A stretch of 26,319 nucleotides of DNA, taken from positions 1 through 26,319 of IMG/VR virus record IMGVR_UViG_3300016722_000155; one strand, written 5' to 3'. Source of the DNA: a virus (Duplodnaviria; Caudoviricetes). This document shows positions 25,476 through 26,319 of the stretch, in pieces; position 1 is the stretch's first letter, and each line of letters opens with the position of its first letter. The position numbers were made by a program, and so were the translations under genes. Under the pieces are notes generated by a model that ran no database searches, was not told the DNA's origin, and saw only the letters and a program-made list of their open reading frames with translations.

Positions 25476-25900
25476 TGGCAAAATTGCATTATGATGGTAA
25501 AAAGTTGAATTTACATTATTCGCGTGATAATGACGAGGAATATGATTTTGACTGCCACAATCAATTTGAAAGCGGTGAAAATGAAGAGGGAGAGCCACAT
25601 GAAAGTTTGCCTAATGGGATTTACCCTCATGCTTGGGCGGAGGACGCTGAAACAGCAATGAACAATGGCAAGAGTTACGGTTGCGGGTATATCCATACTG
25701 GTGATGCTCGCGGGCGGGATATTCATGGCGGCGGCAGCTCACTATCTGACCCTTATGCTGATTATCAAGGTTGGTTATGCACTTATGGGTGCTTGCGCAT
25801 GCAGAATGCCGATGTTGTTAAACTATCGGAAATGATGATCGAGGATGGCAATGATGTTGAGTTAACGGTAGAAAATAACGAAGACGCAGAAGAAATTTAA
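25475..25900 (+). CDS. L,D-transpeptidase (YkuD)-fold protein in the endolysin position
   Basis: LPNGIY, GRDIHGGG and TYGCLRMQNADV: His and Cys catalytic motif of the YkuD family; no signal peptide; AAGGAG SD. Confidence 0.8.
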   Translation: MAKLHYDGKKLNLHYSRDNDEEYDFDCHNQFESGENEEGEPHESLPNGIYPHAWAEDAETAMNNGKSYGCGYIHTGDARGRDIHGGGSSLSDPYADYQGWLCTYGCLRMQNADVVKLSEMMIEDGNDVELTVENNEDAEEI

Positions 25901-25924
25901 AATACTAAGAAAGGAGTGAATAAG

Positions 25925-26319
25925 GTGTGGAAGACAAAAAAACTATGTTCTTGTATATTGGTATTGTCATTCTTGCTATCACCTGTAGCTACTTGTTATT
26001 CAGCATCTACCACGATGACCATGACAGTGGAACAGGCCAGCAGATTGAAAGAGATATTTCAGGAGCTGAACAACATCAACAGTCAGCTATCAACCGACTT
26101 GACGGCATCACAACAGACCTTGGAACAACAGCAAGCGAAGTTGGACGAATATCAGATTTGGTTGGAAGCAGTGCAGCTGAAATTGGTAGCACTGCAGAAA
26201 GAATCGGAACTGACCAAGCAAGAGTTGCTGCAAGTGCAACACTTATTGCAGAAGGTCAAGGAATCCTTCGAGACATACAAAAAAGCAACCAACAAGAAAA
26301 TAAGCCAACTAAAGATTGA
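25925..26319 (+). CDS. Overlapping ORF B (partial, runs off the window): signal peptide + leucine-zipper coiled coil, spanin candidate
   Basis: GTG 25925, 8 nt after AAGGAG; at least 131 codons with no stop: MWKTKKLCSCILVLSFLLSPVATCYSASTT...LSTDLTASQQTLEQQQAKLDEYQIWLEAVQLKLVA...; absent from the ORF track. Confidence 0.8.
   Translation, partial: MWKTKKLCSCILVLSFLLSPVATCYSASTTMTMTVEQASRLKEIFQELNNINSQLSTDLTASQQTLEQQQAKLDEYQIWLEAVQLKLVALQKESELTKQELLQVQHLLQKVKESFETYKKATNKKISQLKI
25927..26319 (+). CDS. Overlapping ORF A: N-terminal TM + coiled coil, i-spanin-like candidate
   Basis: GTG 25927, 10 nt after the same SD; TM MFLYIGIVILAITCSYLLFSIY; heptad L/V/I pattern; follows the putative endolysin. 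Confidence 0.7.
   Translation: MEDKKTMFLYIGIVILAITCSYLLFSIYHDDHDSGTGQQIERDISGAEQHQQSAINRLDGITTDLGTTASEVGRISDLVGSSAAEIGSTAERIGTDQARVAASATLIAEGQGILRDIQKSNQQENKPTKD

Larger units (their letters stand above)
1..26319. mobile_element. Temperate siphovirus-type prophage (HK97-like head, cos-type packaging); extends beyond both window edges
   Basis: Complete modular order int - cI/cro - early/replication - terminase - portal - protease - capsid - tail - fibre - lysis, with no broken core gene seen. Confidence 0.97.

Noticed and set aside
1-26319. att sites, tRNA, rRNA, IS elements
   Set aside because: The window is clipped at the int stop and within the last lysis locus, so att sites cannot be seen; no tRNA, rRNA or transposase signature was recognised by eye

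Overview
The whole window is one compact (~26 kb), apparently intact temperate siphovirus-type prophage, running from the integrase stop codon to the last lysis gene; both att sites lie outside the window. Gene order: integrase, envelope-type accessory genes, CI/Cro switch with four visible operators, Xis, a LysM lipoprotein, a leftward accessory cassette (42-aa basic ORF plus a protein with 15 x PSLDDA repeats), early genes, SSB, an HUH rolling-circle Rep (no helicase, primase or loader seen), an ArpU-like activator, HNH/cos/terminase, HK97-type head, non-contractile tail, Gly-rich tail fibre, a DUF2513-like moron and the lysis module. Firmicutes-type SD and promoter signals combined with diderm-type envelope genes suggest a Negativicutes host (inference). 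Highlights not shown by the ORF track: (1) the last lysis locus is dual-coding. Two GTG starts overlap in GTGTG behind one SD, giving two overlapping exported coiled-coil proteins whose heptads are encoded by one 21-nt DNA periodicity; this is a candidate new spanin architecture, next to an L,D-transpeptidase-fold protein in the endolysin position. (2) A -1 slippery site at the capsid gene end would append an Ig-like (CBM X2-like) domain. (3) An HUH Rep with a candidate phiX174/pC194-like nick site. (4) Candidate small RNAs at the integrase leader and the late promoter. All family calls are by-eye motif and synteny recognition; no searches were run.
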